Assembly (NCBI GenBank): GCA_963745075.1
Contig: CAVUWV010000008.1
Coordinates: 64,001-128,000, forward strand
From: Candidatus Hydrogenedentota bacterium
GTDB taxonomy: Bacteria; Hydrogenedentota; Hydrogenedentia; Hydrogenedentales; SLHB01
Length of the DNA stretch: 64,000 bases
Direction: 5' to 3'
Positions 9,482-20,569 of this stretch are shown here, piece after piece. A program made the translations under genes and the position numbers. The notes below the pieces were generated by a model. It saw nothing but the letters and a program-made list of their open reading frames with translations. It was not told the origin of the DNA and did no database searches. Within the stretch, counting starts at the first letter, position 1, and each line of letters starts with the position of its first letter.

Positions 9482-9527
9482 CACGGACCTACACGGACAA
9501 GCACGGACTGGTACGGCCGACACGGAC
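9482..9527. repeat. CACGGAC heptamer array, ~10-bp period
   Basis: Copies at 9482, 9492, 9502, (9512 degenerate), 9521. Confidence 0.7.
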
Positions 9528-9605
9528 CAACGCCAACGACGAGTGGGTATAGGCGGACATGGTCATGGTTTCTCGGTGCAGGTACGCGGCATACTATCGG
9601 GCATC

Positions 9606-10778
9606 ATGGGTGGTTCCGCCGAAACAAAGCCGCGAGTTCTGCTGCTGCACAACTTCTTGTCACCGTACCGTATCCCCTTGTTTGCGGAACTCGCGACGCG
9701 GTTCGAGTTGGAGGTCTGGATTCTCGGCGACGTTCGTTCTGTCCGGGACTGGCCGGCGGAGGCCAAGGATGCGGGGTTTCGGTATCGCGTCCTGCCGCAC
9801 GTGACGATTCCCTTGGGCAGCCGGTATAACGTCATCCTGATCAACTACACGCTGCCCGTCGCCTTGGCGCGGCACCACCACGATGCCATCATCTGTTGCG
9901 CGTGGGATACGCCGGCGACCTTCTACACCTCGTACCACGCGACGCTGACGGGTACGCCGTTCATCCTGTGGAGCGGCAGCACGGCGGCGGAGGATTCGCG
10001 ACTGCGACGGATGACGGCGCCGCTGGTGCGGGGACTGGTGCGTCGCGCAAATGCGTGGCTCGCTTACGGCACCCGTGCGAAGGAGTACCTCGCGTCGCTG
10101 GGCGCGGATCCGGACCGGACATTCCTCGCGTACAACACGGTGGAGACCACGGACTTCGCGGCGCGGAGCGGCATAAGCTCTGAAGAGCGCGAGGCGTCGC
10201 GGGAGCGGTTGGGAATTCAAACGCAACACGTGCTTCTCTATTGTGGGAATCTGCTCGACTTGAAGGGCGTGGGAGACCTGCTCGAAGCCTTCGCCGCATT
10301 CGCCCCCGATGCGCCGGACCTTACGCTGCTGTTGGTCGGAAGCGGTCGCGACGAAGCGCGGTACCGTGCGTTTGTGGCGACCGGAGGGTTGTCGGATCGC
10401 GTTGTCTTCGCCGGGTTTGCACCGCGCGACGAAATGCCCCGATACTATGCCCTCGGCGACGTGCTCGTCCTACCGTCGCGCAGCGAGATTTGGGGCCTGG
10501 TAATTAACGAAGCGCTGGCCTGCGGGGTGCCGGTCATCGCCACGGACGTGTGCGGGGCGACAGCGGATCTCATCGAGGAAGGAGTCAACGGAATCATCGT
10601 GCCGGCACGCAATCCCAATGCCCTCTCCCAGGCCTTCGCGCGCTACTTTGCGCCGGAAACGGACCGGGCGGTCATGGCCGAACGCGCCCGCCAATCCATC
10701 GAATCCTTCTCCATCGCCCGCACGGCCGACGCCTTTGTCGACGCCGTGTCGGCCGCCCGCGAGCGTACGCAAGCGTGA
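9606..10778 (+). CDS. Glycosyltransferase family 4
   Basis: SPYRIPLF; GNLLDLKGV; PSRSEIWGLVINEALACGVPVI (E-x7-E). Confidence 0.9.
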   Translation: MGGSAETKPRVLLLHNFLSPYRIPLFAELATRFELEVWILGDVRSVRDWPAEAKDAGFRYRVLPHVTIPLGSRYNVILINYTLPVALARHHHDAIICCAWDTPATFYTSYHATLTGTPFILWSGSTAAEDSRLRRMTAPLVRGLVRRANAWLAYGTRAKEYLASLGADPDRTFLAYNTVETTDFAARSGISSEEREASRERLGIQTQHVLLYCGNLLDLKGVGDLLEAFAAFAPDAPDLTLLLVGSGRDEARYRAFVATGGLSDRVVFAGFAPRDEMPRYYALGDVLVLPSRSEIWGLVINEALACGVPVIATDVCGATADLIEEGVNGIIVPARNPNALSQAFARYFAPETDRAVMAERARQSIESFSIARTADAFVDAVSAARERTQA

Positions 10779-12277
10779 GCTACGGTAGACAGTACGCCTG
10801 GCACACGGCCATCACGGTGGCGACCACCGTGTTGTCCGGCGCCCTGTTCTATGTCCTGCGCATCGTCTTCTACAAGAACCTGACCGCCGAGGAGTATGGA
10901 CTGTTCTTTTCCGTCTACTCGTTTGCCATGGTGATTCAACCGGCCCTCAGTTTTGGGTTTGACCCTGGACTGGTACCGCAAATCACCCAATACCGGGAGG
11001 AAAAGAATCCGGCCGCCATCAAGAACGTCATCAGCGGCGCGCTGATCGTTCAGTTAACGTTTGCCGGGGGTTGCGCGCTCCTGGCCATCGCGGCAGCGCC
11101 CTTTGTCGGACGCCAGTTTCCGGATTATCCGGCACTCCCTTTCTTGATCGGTGTCTTGGCCCTTCACGCGCTTGGCATCATCGTCTATAAGGCCGGGCAG
11201 CAGTTCTTTCTCGGGATGCAGGCCTTGGTGTGGCGCAATACCGTCGATGCGGTCCGTTCCATCGTGTGCGTGTCTGCAGCGGTGTTGCTGGTTGGGGGTC
11301 GTTTCGGCCTGAAAGGCGCCGCGCTGGCGTACTTGATTGCGGTGCTGGCTGCCGCGCTGACCCAGGCGACGGGGCTCTTCGCGGGGTTCTCGGAAATCGC
11401 CCGTGCCCCGTTTCAGTGGCGGCGCGACCTGGTCGATACCGCGTTTAGCGCGGGCAAATACCTGTCGCTGGCTTTTGGTGGGATCGCGGTCTTTTCCTCC
11501 CTCGACACGACGATGATTACGGTCGTTCGCGGAGACTTGCGCGAAGTCGCGGCCTACCAGATTGCGCTGCCCACGGTGATGATTATATATAGCCTGATGA
11601 CGGCGGCCGGGCTCACCTTCATGCCCATGGCCCGCATGCTCTGGCTGCGCGAAGAGCGGGAACTGTTGGCGGACGGCATCTCCCGAATCTATGAGGCTGC
11701 GTGTGCCCTGGTGATTCCTGCCGGGGTCCTGATGGCCGCTTTCTCCGACGTACTCATGCACCTGCTCTTCGGCAAGGACATACTCAACGCGCCGGAAGCA
11801 TTCAACGTGCTGGCCGTCGCCGGGGTCTTCTATTTCCTGGGGTATCTGAACCTGCATATTCTAGCCGGAATAGGCCGGGCACGGGCCGCGGCGGCGGTCA
11901 TCGCCATCGCGTTGGCCCTGGACCTCGTGCTCGATCCCGTGCTGATTCACTTCCTGGGTATTCGAGGCGCCGCGATGGCGAGTTTTATAGGCTATTCCAC
12001 CGCAACCATTTTGGGGTTCCGAGCGATTCGGGCGGAGATTCCGGTTGTACTTCCCATAAAGACGGCGGTTGTGGCTACGGTTCTGTCCGGCGGGGCGTGG
12101 TTGGGTTGTCACCTTTTCCGGTCGACGCGCGTCTTTACAGAGCATGGGACTGTATCCGCCGCGGTGGCGAGCGGGGCGAGCTTTGTGTGTGTTGTCCTGA
12201 TACTGGAGCTGTCGGGATGTGCGCGGCTGCATGAACTGGCCCGGGTGGTGGCGCCCAGGCGGCGGCTCGGCGATTAG
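10775..12277 (+). CDS. Oligosaccharide flippase (Wzx/MOP family)
   Basis: GTG overlapping GT4 stop; LTAEEYGLF motif; many TM helices; LGIRGAAMA. Confidence 0.85.
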   Translation: MSYGRQYAWHTAITVATTVLSGALFYVLRIVFYKNLTAEEYGLFFSVYSFAMVIQPALSFGFDPGLVPQITQYREEKNPAAIKNVISGALIVQLTFAGGCALLAIAAAPFVGRQFPDYPALPFLIGVLALHALGIIVYKAGQQFFLGMQALVWRNTVDAVRSIVCVSAAVLLVGGRFGLKGAALAYLIAVLAAALTQATGLFAGFSEIARAPFQWRRDLVDTAFSAGKYLSLAFGGIAVFSSLDTTMITVVRGDLREVAAYQIALPTVMIIYSLMTAAGLTFMPMARMLWLREERELLADGISRIYEAACALVIPAGVLMAAFSDVLMHLLFGKDILNAPEAFNVLAVAGVFYFLGYLNLHILAGIGRARAAAAVIAIALALDLVLDPVLIHFLGIRGAAMASFIGYSTATILGFRAIRAEIPVVLPIKTAVVATVLSGGAWLGCHLFRSTRVFTEHGTVSAAVASGASFVCVVLILELSGCARLHELARVVAPRRRLGD

Positions 12278-12325
12278 ATTTCGCATCATTGATCGTTTTC
12301 GCATAATTGTGCTATGTATAATGCA

Positions 12326-12363
12326 ACTATTGCTTGACAGCCTACGAGGAGCAATAGTATTGT
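12326..12363 (+). promoter_or_regulatory. Putative sigma70 promoter overlapped by a 9-bp inverted repeat
   Basis: TTGACA at 12334; ACTATTGCT (12326-12334) / AGCAATAGT (12350-12358); AT-rich gap before the peptidase. Confidence 0.4.
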
Positions 12364-12587
12364 GGGGAATGGAACTATAGGAAGCAGGGGTAGGCATTCC
12401 ACAGAGTATGGTTCGTTCAGAATAGCGCAAGTAACAGAATCCCGGGGATAGGTGTGCCGCGCGGTCTTGTCTCCGATAGCGAATGACATTTAATCAAGTG
12501 GATTAGTTCGTACAGGAGCGGGTTTCCCAGGCCATTCCCGAGCGGCCGCCGTGGGGAAACGGGCAACGACCATGGAGTGATTGCGCA

Positions 12588-15500
12588 ATGGGTAAGTTGG
12601 GGGTCTCTAAGGCATTCTTAATCGTCACGCTGGTGACTTGTGGCGTTGCCATGACCGCCTGGGGCCAGAGTCGCGGACCGCGACGCAATCCATCGGCTTT
12701 TGGGGACGCTCGAAGGGCCGAACGCGGTTGACGCGCCACGGCAATCGACCACGGACGGGGGCTTACCTGAAGTATATCGGGGCACCCGCGGGCGACGCAT
12801 TTGATATTGGCGCGACGGCGAAAAGTATCACTTCCGCGGATGGGGCCGCGAAATCGTTCGTGCTGGACCACGCGGGCGCATTCGGCGTGGCCAGTCCAAA
12901 ACTGAACTACGGCACCAGCCGCATCTCGACGGGCCTCGGTCGCACCTACGTACACCTGCAACAGACCTATGATGGATTGCCGGTGTTCGGCAGCGGCGTC
13001 ACCGTGCAAATGAACGGTGAAGGAAACGTGGAATGCGTGATGAGTGACATCATGCGGTATTCCGACGGCCTGTACAGCGGTTCGCTGGAATTGATCCCGG
13101 ATCTCTCGCCTGGGGAAGCGAAGGTCGCGGCAATCGCTGCGCTTCAGGCGGACTATCCCGACCTTACGTTCAGCGCGACCGATCCGGAATTGAAGATCTA
13201 CGAACCGGACGTCATCGGCGACGTAGGCACGACCAAGCTGGTATGGGATCTGGTGGTAAAAAGCGCTTACGACACTTCAGAAGAAGAGCCGGTTAAGGAA
13301 CAGATGCTCGTTGACGCACACGGTGGCGGGATCGTGCTGCATTACACGCTAATTGAAGGTGCCAAGTCTCGCCAAGTCTATGACGCCGAAAATACACCCG
13401 CCGACCCCGGAATCCTGAAACGCGTCGAAGGCGGTCCCGTTTCTGATATAGCGGACGTGAACGTGGTCTATGAATACGCTGGGGACACCTACGACTTTTA
13501 TTTGGACCAGCATAATCGAGATAGTCTCAACAATGCAGGGCTAACAATCCAAGCGGTTGTACGGTACTGCGACTCGCTCCTTTTTTGTCCTATGTATAAC
13601 GCTTTCTGGGACGGTTTACGGGTTCATTTTGGAGACAGCTATACCGCCGATGACGTGGTCGCCCACGAACTTACCCACGGCGTGACTCAATACGAGTCGG
13701 ACCTCATTTACTATTCCGAATCGGGAGCCATTAATGAGTCCTTCTCGGATATTTGGGGTGAATTCGTCGATCTTACGAACGGTGCGGGTGACGATTCGGC
13801 GGGCGTGCGATGGTTGCATGGGGAAGACTTGCCCGGCGGGGCCAATCGCAACATGAAAAATCCCCCCGCAAAGGGCGATCCGGAAAGATACCTGGGTACG
13901 TTCTGGTATTTCGGCATTGAGGATAACGCAGGTGTTCATATCAATTCCGGGGTCGGCAACAAGTTGTGCTATCTGCTGACGGACGGCGATACGTTCAATG
14001 GCTTTACCGTGGGCGGCATGACGCTTCCGGTGGTGGCGGATCTGTTCTACGAGTGCCAAACGAACCTGTTGAACGCCGGCAGCGATTATCCGGATTTGGC
14101 AAACGCGCTCCTTCAAGCGGGCGTGAATCTGGGGTTGTCCAGCACGGACATCGAGAACATTGCGAACGCGCTCTATGCGACGGAGATCATTACGGAACGT
14201 GGTCCCTTCCTACGGGATTTCCGGGCCACCGGAATGAGTCAATCCGGGCAGGTTGCCCTTACGTGGCAGAATCCGGAAGGACCCACCGACTTCACGGGCG
14301 TCGATCTGGTGCGTCGAACGGACCGCTTCCCCGACCCGGCCGTTCCGCTGGACGGCACCGTCGTCCATAGCATCACGGGCGGCGAAGAGAGTTACGTGGA
14401 CGGATCCTTCACAGCGGGTACGCAGTTGTTCTACGCGTTGTACCCGCGCGCGGGTTCGTTCCCCAAAAACGAAGTTCAGCTTGCCCGCGTCATCGTGGGA
14501 CAGGATGTGGACTTCCTGAGCGAATCGTTTACGAACGGCACCGATCTCTCAGGCCATCAAATCACCTTTGTTCCGGTGGCCAACCTCGAGGAGGCCGCCA
14601 ATTCGGGTGCGCCGGATTCCTACGTGAACCACACGAACTACACAGCCAGTGTGAGCGACGGATCGGGCGCCAAGGTCGCGCCACAGTTTGATGGAACCCT
14701 GCCGGTTAAGCAAGAGAACATCTTCACGATTCCGCTCTCCGACGAGGGTTCGATTACGCTGTATCCTGCGGTGCCGTTCCCATTCTTTGGTGAGTTTTAC
14801 AACAAGCTGTACCTGTCGGCGAACGGTTTCCTTTCGCCGGCGGCGCCGAACATCTATACCGATCCTCTGGACGCGGTGCCATCTCTGGAGAACCACTTCG
14901 CGAAGCGAAGGATATCGTTCCTGTTCGGCGATTTGGACCCGGGTAGTGGCGGCTTGATATGGGGTCGTTCGTTGGACGATCGGCTCGTTATCACCTTCGA
15001 GGATGTGCCCTCGTTCTCCGACGTTGCGGTGCCGGGCACTTTGTCGAAGAACACCGTTCAAATCGAATTGTTCTACAGCGGGGAAATCCGGTGCACCTAC
15101 CTCGACCTGAGCGTGAAGCGGGCGGTGGTTGGATTGTCGGACGGGCGCGGCGTGCCGCTGGATCCCGCGGACATCATCGGAAACAATCTCCCGGCCAATG
15201 TAGTGGAAACGGACTTCACGGGTATGACGAGTCCGGTGGACCTGGAATTGCTGCCAATTTCGATCCAATTTGGGACGATTGGGACTACGCTGGGATTTAC
15301 GGCGGAGGCCGTGTCGAATATCGGTCCGGTCACGTATTCATTGAGCGGACCACCTGTCGGCGCGCAAATTGACCCATCAACGGGCGAGTTTACGTGGGAT
15401 ACGACCGGCTACAGTCCCGCGGTCTACAGTTTCCTCGTATGCGCGACGGCGAATGCCGTCGACGCCTGCCAGGTGGTGAATGTGCTCCTGTCGGATTCGT

Positions 15501-15994
15501 TCGAGAAACCGATTGCGAGCAACGTGGTTGTCACACCAGCCGAGCCGCGTTCGTCCGATCCGCTGTCGTTGACCTATAGCTTCTCACATCCGTCGGCGCC
15601 GGAAGGTTCGACGGTGATCTTGTGGTTCCGGAACAATACGGTGATCCCGGCGTTTAACAATATGACGACGGTGTATCCGGCGGCAACGTCCGTGGGCGAG
15701 TCCTGGTACGCCATAATACTTCCGACCACCGCCAGGATTGGGTACGATTACTATGGAACGGCGATCTATCTGCGTGGCGATCCGACCCAGTCCAATATCG
15801 TCACCATCCAGCCCGACTTGAAGACCGACGCCAACAAGGACGGCCAAGTGAACAGCGCCGACTTGCAGGTCGTGGTCGGATCGGTATTAGGCATCCAGCC
15901 CCAAGGAATCGACGGCGACGTGAACAGCGATGGCAGCACGGACGTATCCGACGTGCAGGTTATCGTGAACACGATCCTGAAGGGCGGCAACTGA
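12588..15994 (+). CDS. Secreted M4 (thermolysin-like) metallopeptidase with Ig-like and C-terminal dockerin-like domains; 5' end frameshifted
   Basis: FTP propeptide (LQQTYDGLPV), NAFWDG, HELTH, GAINESFSD, GVHINSG; dockerin-like DANKDGQVNSADLQ / GDVNSDGSTDVSDVQ. Signal peptide MGKLGVSKAFLIVTLVTCGVAMTAWG from ATG 12588 is in another frame. Confidence 0.9.
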
Positions 15995-16014
15995 CGCCTA
16001 ACGCATAAGCGAAG

Positions 16015-16053
16015 AAAAAGCCCCTCACACGGGATCGCGTGAGGGGCTTTTTT
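16015..16053. terminator. Bidirectional intrinsic terminator
   Basis: AAAAAGCCCCTCAC...GTGAGGGGCTTTTTT between convergent genes. Confidence 0.85.
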
Positions 16054-16100
16054 GATCGGACCGATCGGCCGGATCAGTCCGAACCGTCCGATCGAATGTC

Positions 16101-17516
16101 TTACTCTTGAACCGGTTCCAGCGACGCCGTGTCGCCGTCCATGGTGTAGGGGAAACGCCGCACGTTGTCGCCGTCCTTGTTGCTGATGTAGAGGCGCGAC
16201 TCGGAGGGTTGCCGGCCGTGGCCGTCCGCCCAGAAGGCGTAGAAATCAGGGTTCGCATTCAACGGCCGCCGACAATAGGTTTGATTGAACGCACTGTTGT
16301 TCGTCAGTTGCCGTTCCCTGGTCCAGGTTACACCCTGGTCCTTGCTGATCCACATGGCGATCTCGCCGCCGGGGTTGAACGGTTGCGGCCCCGTCTCCGT
16401 GGGGCCGAATACCCGCCACGTACCGTCCGGCTCGATATGGATGCTGCCGGTATCGTAGTTGTTGTCGGAATCCGTAATCGTGTGGAACTCCCACGTGTCA
16501 CCGGTCCAATGGGCGACGCGCCATTCCCGCGGGGCGTATTCGGGCCCCGGCATCCAGGACTTCGCGGTGACGTGAAGAATCACCGGGTGGCCGTCCGCGT
16601 CATAGTTCACGTCCTTCATGTAGGCCAATAACCCCTCCGACTGATAGTCCCGCACCAAGGCCGGATTCGCGGGATCGCGCAAGGGTGCTTCCAACACCTG
16701 CCCATCGACGGTTCGCCACGTGCCGCCCATATCCGGCGTTTCGGCGTAGTAGAGGTTGGTGCGCCAATTCAGTCCGTGACGCGTGGCGTCGCCGTGATAG
16801 GCCTTTGGATGGTAGTTGAATGCCGTGCCCACCGTACCGTCCTCTTTCGGCCAGCTCACCTGGTAGTGCCCCTCATCGATGAGCGCGAGCAGGGACCGGT
16901 CCGACCATTCGCGGCCGTCTTTGCTCGTCTGCCAGTAGAGGGCGCGCCCGCCGTCGTAGCTGGTGTGGAGAAAGAGAAAGCCCTTCCCTTTCAAATGCCA
17001 CGGTTGCGGGTACGAGAAGTTGGTTTCCAGCACAATCTCAAAATCGTCGATATTGTAGGGATTACGGCTCGTGAAAATGTACGAAGGCCGCGACTTGCCG
17101 TGGGAACTGGCGAAGACCCAGATGTACCCGTCGTCGTCAATGGATATCACCGGGTTGTCGTGGGCATCCGACGTCTTCTTGTCGATCAGAATTGTCGGCC
17201 GCGGCACGGTGCCGGTCTTGTGGTCGTAGTACGAGACCATTTCGAGCAGCGCGTCCTGCCCCTCCTTGGTGCCGCCATAGACGAAGAAGGTCTTGTCCAC
17301 TTCCGGCGCGTAAATCGCCATGGGGATATGCTTGGCGCAGTACGTTCCCAAGCCGCCGCTGTATTTGTAAACGTATTCGTCGTTCGTCTTCTGGTTGTAA
17401 TACCAAATGCCCCGGTAGCCGGTGTCTTTCGCGTAGTCCTGGGCGCGAGCCGTAACGGTACCGGTCACAATCGCTGACGCCAACAAAATCCGCGAAACCC
17501 AAATCTTGTACTTCAT
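16101..17516 (-). CDS. Secreted BNR-4 repeat (beta-propeller) protein
   Basis: Signal peptide; YKYSGGLGTY, DAHDNP, SYPQPW; Asp-box-like TSKDGREW and SKDQGVTW. Confidence 0.8.
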   Translation of the reverse strand: MKYKIWVSRILLASAIVTGTVTARAQDYAKDTGYRGIWYYNQKTNDEYVYKYSGGLGTYCAKHIPMAIYAPEVDKTFFVYGGTKEGQDALLEMVSYYDHKTGTVPRPTILIDKKTSDAHDNPVISIDDDGYIWVFASSHGKSRPSYIFTSRNPYNIDDFEIVLETNFSYPQPWHLKGKGFLFLHTSYDGGRALYWQTSKDGREWSDRSLLALIDEGHYQVSWPKEDGTVGTAFNYHPKAYHGDATRHGLNWRTNLYYAETPDMGGTWRTVDGQVLEAPLRDPANPALVRDYQSEGLLAYMKDVNYDADGHPVILHVTAKSWMPGPEYAPREWRVAHWTGDTWEFHTITDSDNNYDTGSIHIEPDGTWRVFGPTETGPQPFNPGGEIAMWISKDQGVTWTRERQLTNNSAFNQTYCRRPLNANPDFYAFWADGHGRQPSESRLYISNKDGDNVRRFPYTMDGDTASLEPVQE

Positions 17517-17531
17517 CGACAACTCCTGTGT

Positions 17532-18644
17532 TTACCGTTCGGCGATGGGTTTGACGGGCCGGACGGCCGGGCCGACGTACCTGCTGAGGGGCCGGTAGAT
17601 GCGGTTGTTGGCGGCCTGTTCCATGAAGTGGGCGCACCAGCCTGTCACGCGCGACGCAACGAATAGCGGCGTGTACAGGTCCAAGGGCAGCCCCAGGATG
17701 TAATACGTCAAGCCGCAGGGGTAATCCACGTTGGGGTAGATTTTCTTGTCGTTGACCATCGGATCCTTGATGGCGTCGTAGATGGCCATGAGTTCCTGCT
17801 GCCCTTTGCTTTCGGCCAGCTTTCGGAGTTCCCGCTCCAAAATACGCGCACGGTGATCACCGTGTTTGTACACCCGGTGCCCGAATCCCATGACCTTCTG
17901 TTTCTTTGCCAAGGCTTCCTTGATCCAGGCGGCGGCCTCATCCGCGGTCTTGAACTGCCGGAGCATTTCCATGGCAGCCTCGTTGGCGCCGCCGTGAAGG
18001 GGGCCTTTGAGTGCGCCAATGGCCCCGACGATCGCCGACACGAGGTCGGACATGGTCGAGCAGATCACACGGTTGGTAAAGGTGCTGGCGTTGAACTCGT
18101 GCTCCGCGTAGAGCACCAGCGTAAGGTCGAGCAGGTGGGCCGACAAGTCATCCGGCGCTTCGCCGTGGGATTGATAAAGAATCTGCGCCGCGTGGGAGAG
18201 TCCCGGTTTTGCCTCGACCGGTTCTTTACCATTGAGGAGCCGGTACCGCGCCGCGATGATGCTGGCGATCTGGGCCGTGAGCCAGATGGAGCGCGTGCGG
18301 TAGTCCGCAGGGTCCGAAACGGGGTCGAAGTGACCGGTCATGGAGACGCCGGTCCGAAGCACGTCCATCATCGGGATCCCCTTCGGAATCAGCCGAACGG
18401 CATCGACCACTTGGGAGGGCAACGCCCGGTACTGGAAGAGGGCTTCCTTGAAGGCCTTCAATTGCGATTCATTCGGAAGATCTTCATGGAGTAGAAGATA
18501 GGCCGTCTCCTCGAAGGTGGTGTTCTCCGCGAGGTCTTCGATGGCGTATCCCCGGTACAGCAAGACGCCCTGGTCCACACAGGCGATGGTCGTTTCGCCG
18601 GCGACCACGCCCTCGAGCCCAGGCCGAATCGTCGATTCCGTCAT
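17532..18644 (-). CDS. prpC: 2-methylcitrate synthase / citrate synthase
   Basis: GLEGVVAG, YRGY, AEHEFNAST, GPLHGGANE, MGFGHRVYK, PNVD; directly downstream of prpB; AGGAGG upstream. Confidence 0.85.
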   Translation of the reverse strand: MTESTIRPGLEGVVAGETTIACVDQGVLLYRGYAIEDLAENTTFEETAYLLLHEDLPNESQLKAFKEALFQYRALPSQVVDAVRLIPKGIPMMDVLRTGVSMTGHFDPVSDPADYRTRSIWLTAQIASIIAARYRLLNGKEPVEAKPGLSHAAQILYQSHGEAPDDLSAHLLDLTLVLYAEHEFNASTFTNRVICSTMSDLVSAIVGAIGALKGPLHGGANEAAMEMLRQFKTADEAAAWIKEALAKKQKVMGFGHRVYKHGDHRARILERELRKLAESKGQQELMAIYDAIKDPMVNDKKIYPNVDYPCGLTYYILGLPLDLYTPLFVASRVTGWCAHFMEQAANNRIYRPLSRYVGPAVRPVKPIAER

Positions 18645-18732
18645 GGCAAACATCCCTCCTTCTCACCTTGTCACCCGCACAGCGTTGTGCCGTGCGCATT
18701 CGAGGGCCTGTGAACGAACCGGCAGGGGTTCG

Positions 18733-19578
18733 TCAAACCCGGTAGTTCAGCAAGTGATAGAGTTCGTCGCGGGTCTGCATTTTGTCGAGCAGGGCGTGCT
18801 GGCTGCCTTCGTTGTGCAAGACGCGGAGCGCAGATTCCATGGCGCGGGCCACGATTCGCTGGAGCGTGACCGGGAAGATCACGATGTTGTAGCCGAGTTC
18901 CGCAAACCGGTCGACCGGCAAATAGGGGGTCTTGCCGAATTCGGTCATATTGGCCAAAAGAATGGTGTCCACATCCTGGGCGAAACGCGCCAACTCCTCG
19001 ACGCTTTCCAACGCCTCGGGGAAAATGGCGTCGGCCCCGGCTTCGAGATAGGCGTGAGCCCGCTGCACGGCGTCGTCGTAGTCAGTCACGCCGCGCGCGT
19101 CGGTCCGCGCAATTAAAAGAAAATCCTCGCTGGACTTGGCCTCCGCCGCGGCCGCGATCTTCTCGCAAAACTCCTCGGCCGGCACCAGCCGCTTGCCTTC
19201 CAGGTGCCCGCACCGCTTGGGGAACTCCTGATCCTCCAAGTGGATACCGCTGACCCCGGCGGCTTCGAGTTCCCGCACCGTTCGTGCGGCATTTTCGGGA
19301 CCGCCGTAGCCCGTGTCCGCGTCCGCGATGATGGGGAGCGTAGTTACCGACGCGATGTGTTTGCAGTGCTCGACAGATTCCGGCAGCGTCATGAGGCCCA
19401 CATCGGGGACGCCACCCACGCTGTTCGACAGCACCGCGCCCGACACGTAGATGGCCTCGAAACCTTCGCGCTCGATGAGGCGGCCGCTCAGAGCATTGAT
19501 CGCGCCCGGCATAGCGACTGTGTGGTCCGCCAACAGGGACCGCAGCCGGTCGGATCGCGTTGCAGAGTCTGGTCCCAT
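18733..19578 (-). CDS. prpB: Methylisocitrate lyase
   Basis: DADTGYG, HLEDQ..PKRCGH, IARTDA, GADAIFPEA, LANMTEFGKTP. Confidence 0.9.
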   Translation of the reverse strand: MGPDSATRSDRLRSLLADHTVAMPGAINALSGRLIEREGFEAIYVSGAVLSNSVGGVPDVGLMTLPESVEHCKHIASVTTLPIIADADTGYGGPENAARTVRELEAAGVSGIHLEDQEFPKRCGHLEGKRLVPAEEFCEKIAAAAEAKSSEDFLLIARTDARGVTDYDDAVQRAHAYLEAGADAIFPEALESVEELARFAQDVDTILLANMTEFGKTPYLPVDRFAELGYNIVIFPVTLQRIVARAMESALRVLHNEGSQHALLDKMQTRDELYHLLNYRV

Positions 19579-19777
19579 AGATCATCCTCGGAAATGCGCC
19601 ACGGAATCCACGCGCTGTCCAACACAAGCTGTTCTTGGCCGGGACAGTGCAATAATAGAACCACCATGCAGCTTGACACCCCGGCGCGGGACCTGTCAAG
19701 CGGGGGCTGATATCCCGAACCTGATGGACTCTATCGACCCGATGGACGTAAGAAGTCCGGCAGTCCGGGTTGCTCGA

Positions 19778-20131
19778 TTACTGAGGATCAGAGTGGTCGA
19801 CGGATCCGCGTTCCAAGGCGTCGATGATGGCGAGGTACCGTCGCTCGTTGGAGAAGATGGCGAAACCGAAGAGGACTACGACGACGGTCACGGCAAGACA
19901 GAGCAAGAAGACGACAGGGAGCATCATCGCCATCAGTTCCAGGGTCGAGCGTTCGAGCCCGCCCGTCTTGAGCAGGTCGGCGACGTACATCGGATTCGCC
20001 AGGAATGGGACCCGGAAGAACAGGGTCGCGGCGAGCGCCAATAGTACGAGCAGGAGTGCCGCCCCAACGAGGTTCCAGGACCGGGCGAGCCGCCGGCGTC
20101 GCTGCAGGAATCGGCGATCGGATTCGTTCAT
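19778..20131 (-). CDS. Hypothetical two-TM membrane protein
   Basis: Two hydrophobic helices; same strand as and just downstream of yjbQ. Confidence 0.6.
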   Translation of the reverse strand: MNESDRRFLQRRRRLARSWNLVGAALLLVLLALAATLFFRVPFLANPMYVADLLKTGGLERSTLELMAMMLPVVFLLCLAVTVVVVLFGFAIFSNERRYLAIIDALERGSVDHSDPQ

Positions 20132-20155
20132 TTCAACGTCTCCCACAGTGTGTTG

Positions 20156-20569
20156 CTATTCGCCCATCACCTTGATAATCAACCGCTTACGTCGTTGCCC
20201 GTCGAACTCGGCGTAGTAGACTTGTTGCCACGGGCCCAAGTCGAGTTTGCCGTCGGTAATAGGCACGATGACCTCGTGATGGATGATGAGGCTTTTGAGG
20301 TGGGAGTCGCCGTTGGTCTCGCCGGTCTGGTGGTGGCGGTAGTCTTGCCGGAAAGGCGCAAGTCCTTCCAGCCACTCGTCGATATCGGCGATGAGGCCGG
20401 ATTCCGCGTCGTTGACGTAGACCCCGGCGGTGATGTGCATGGCGCTCACGAGGACCATGCCTTCCCGAACGCCGCTCTTTCGCACGATCTGCTCAACGTC
20501 GTCGGTGATGTTGATGTATTCCCGGTGTTTTTTTGTGTTGAACCACATGTATTCGGTTGCGAATTTCAC
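20156..20569 (-). CDS. yjbQ: YjbQ/UPF0047 family (secondary thiamine-phosphate synthase)
   Basis: [35 protein letters not shown]. Confidence 0.9.
   Translation of the reverse strand: MKFATEYMWFNTKKHREYINITDDVEQIVRKSGVREGMVLVSAMHITAGVYVNDAESGLIADIDEWLEGLAPFRQDYRHHQTGETNGDSHLKSLIIHHEVIVPITDGKLDLGPWQQVYYAEFDGQRRKRLIIKVMGE

Noticed and set aside
9482..9527. CRISPR array
   Set aside because: 7-bp units with 2-3-bp spacers; no cas genes in the window
19671..19701. GCTTGACA...TGTCAAGC palindrome upstream of prpB as an operator
   Set aside because: 8-bp arms with no properly spaced -10; cannot be told apart from a weak terminator or chance
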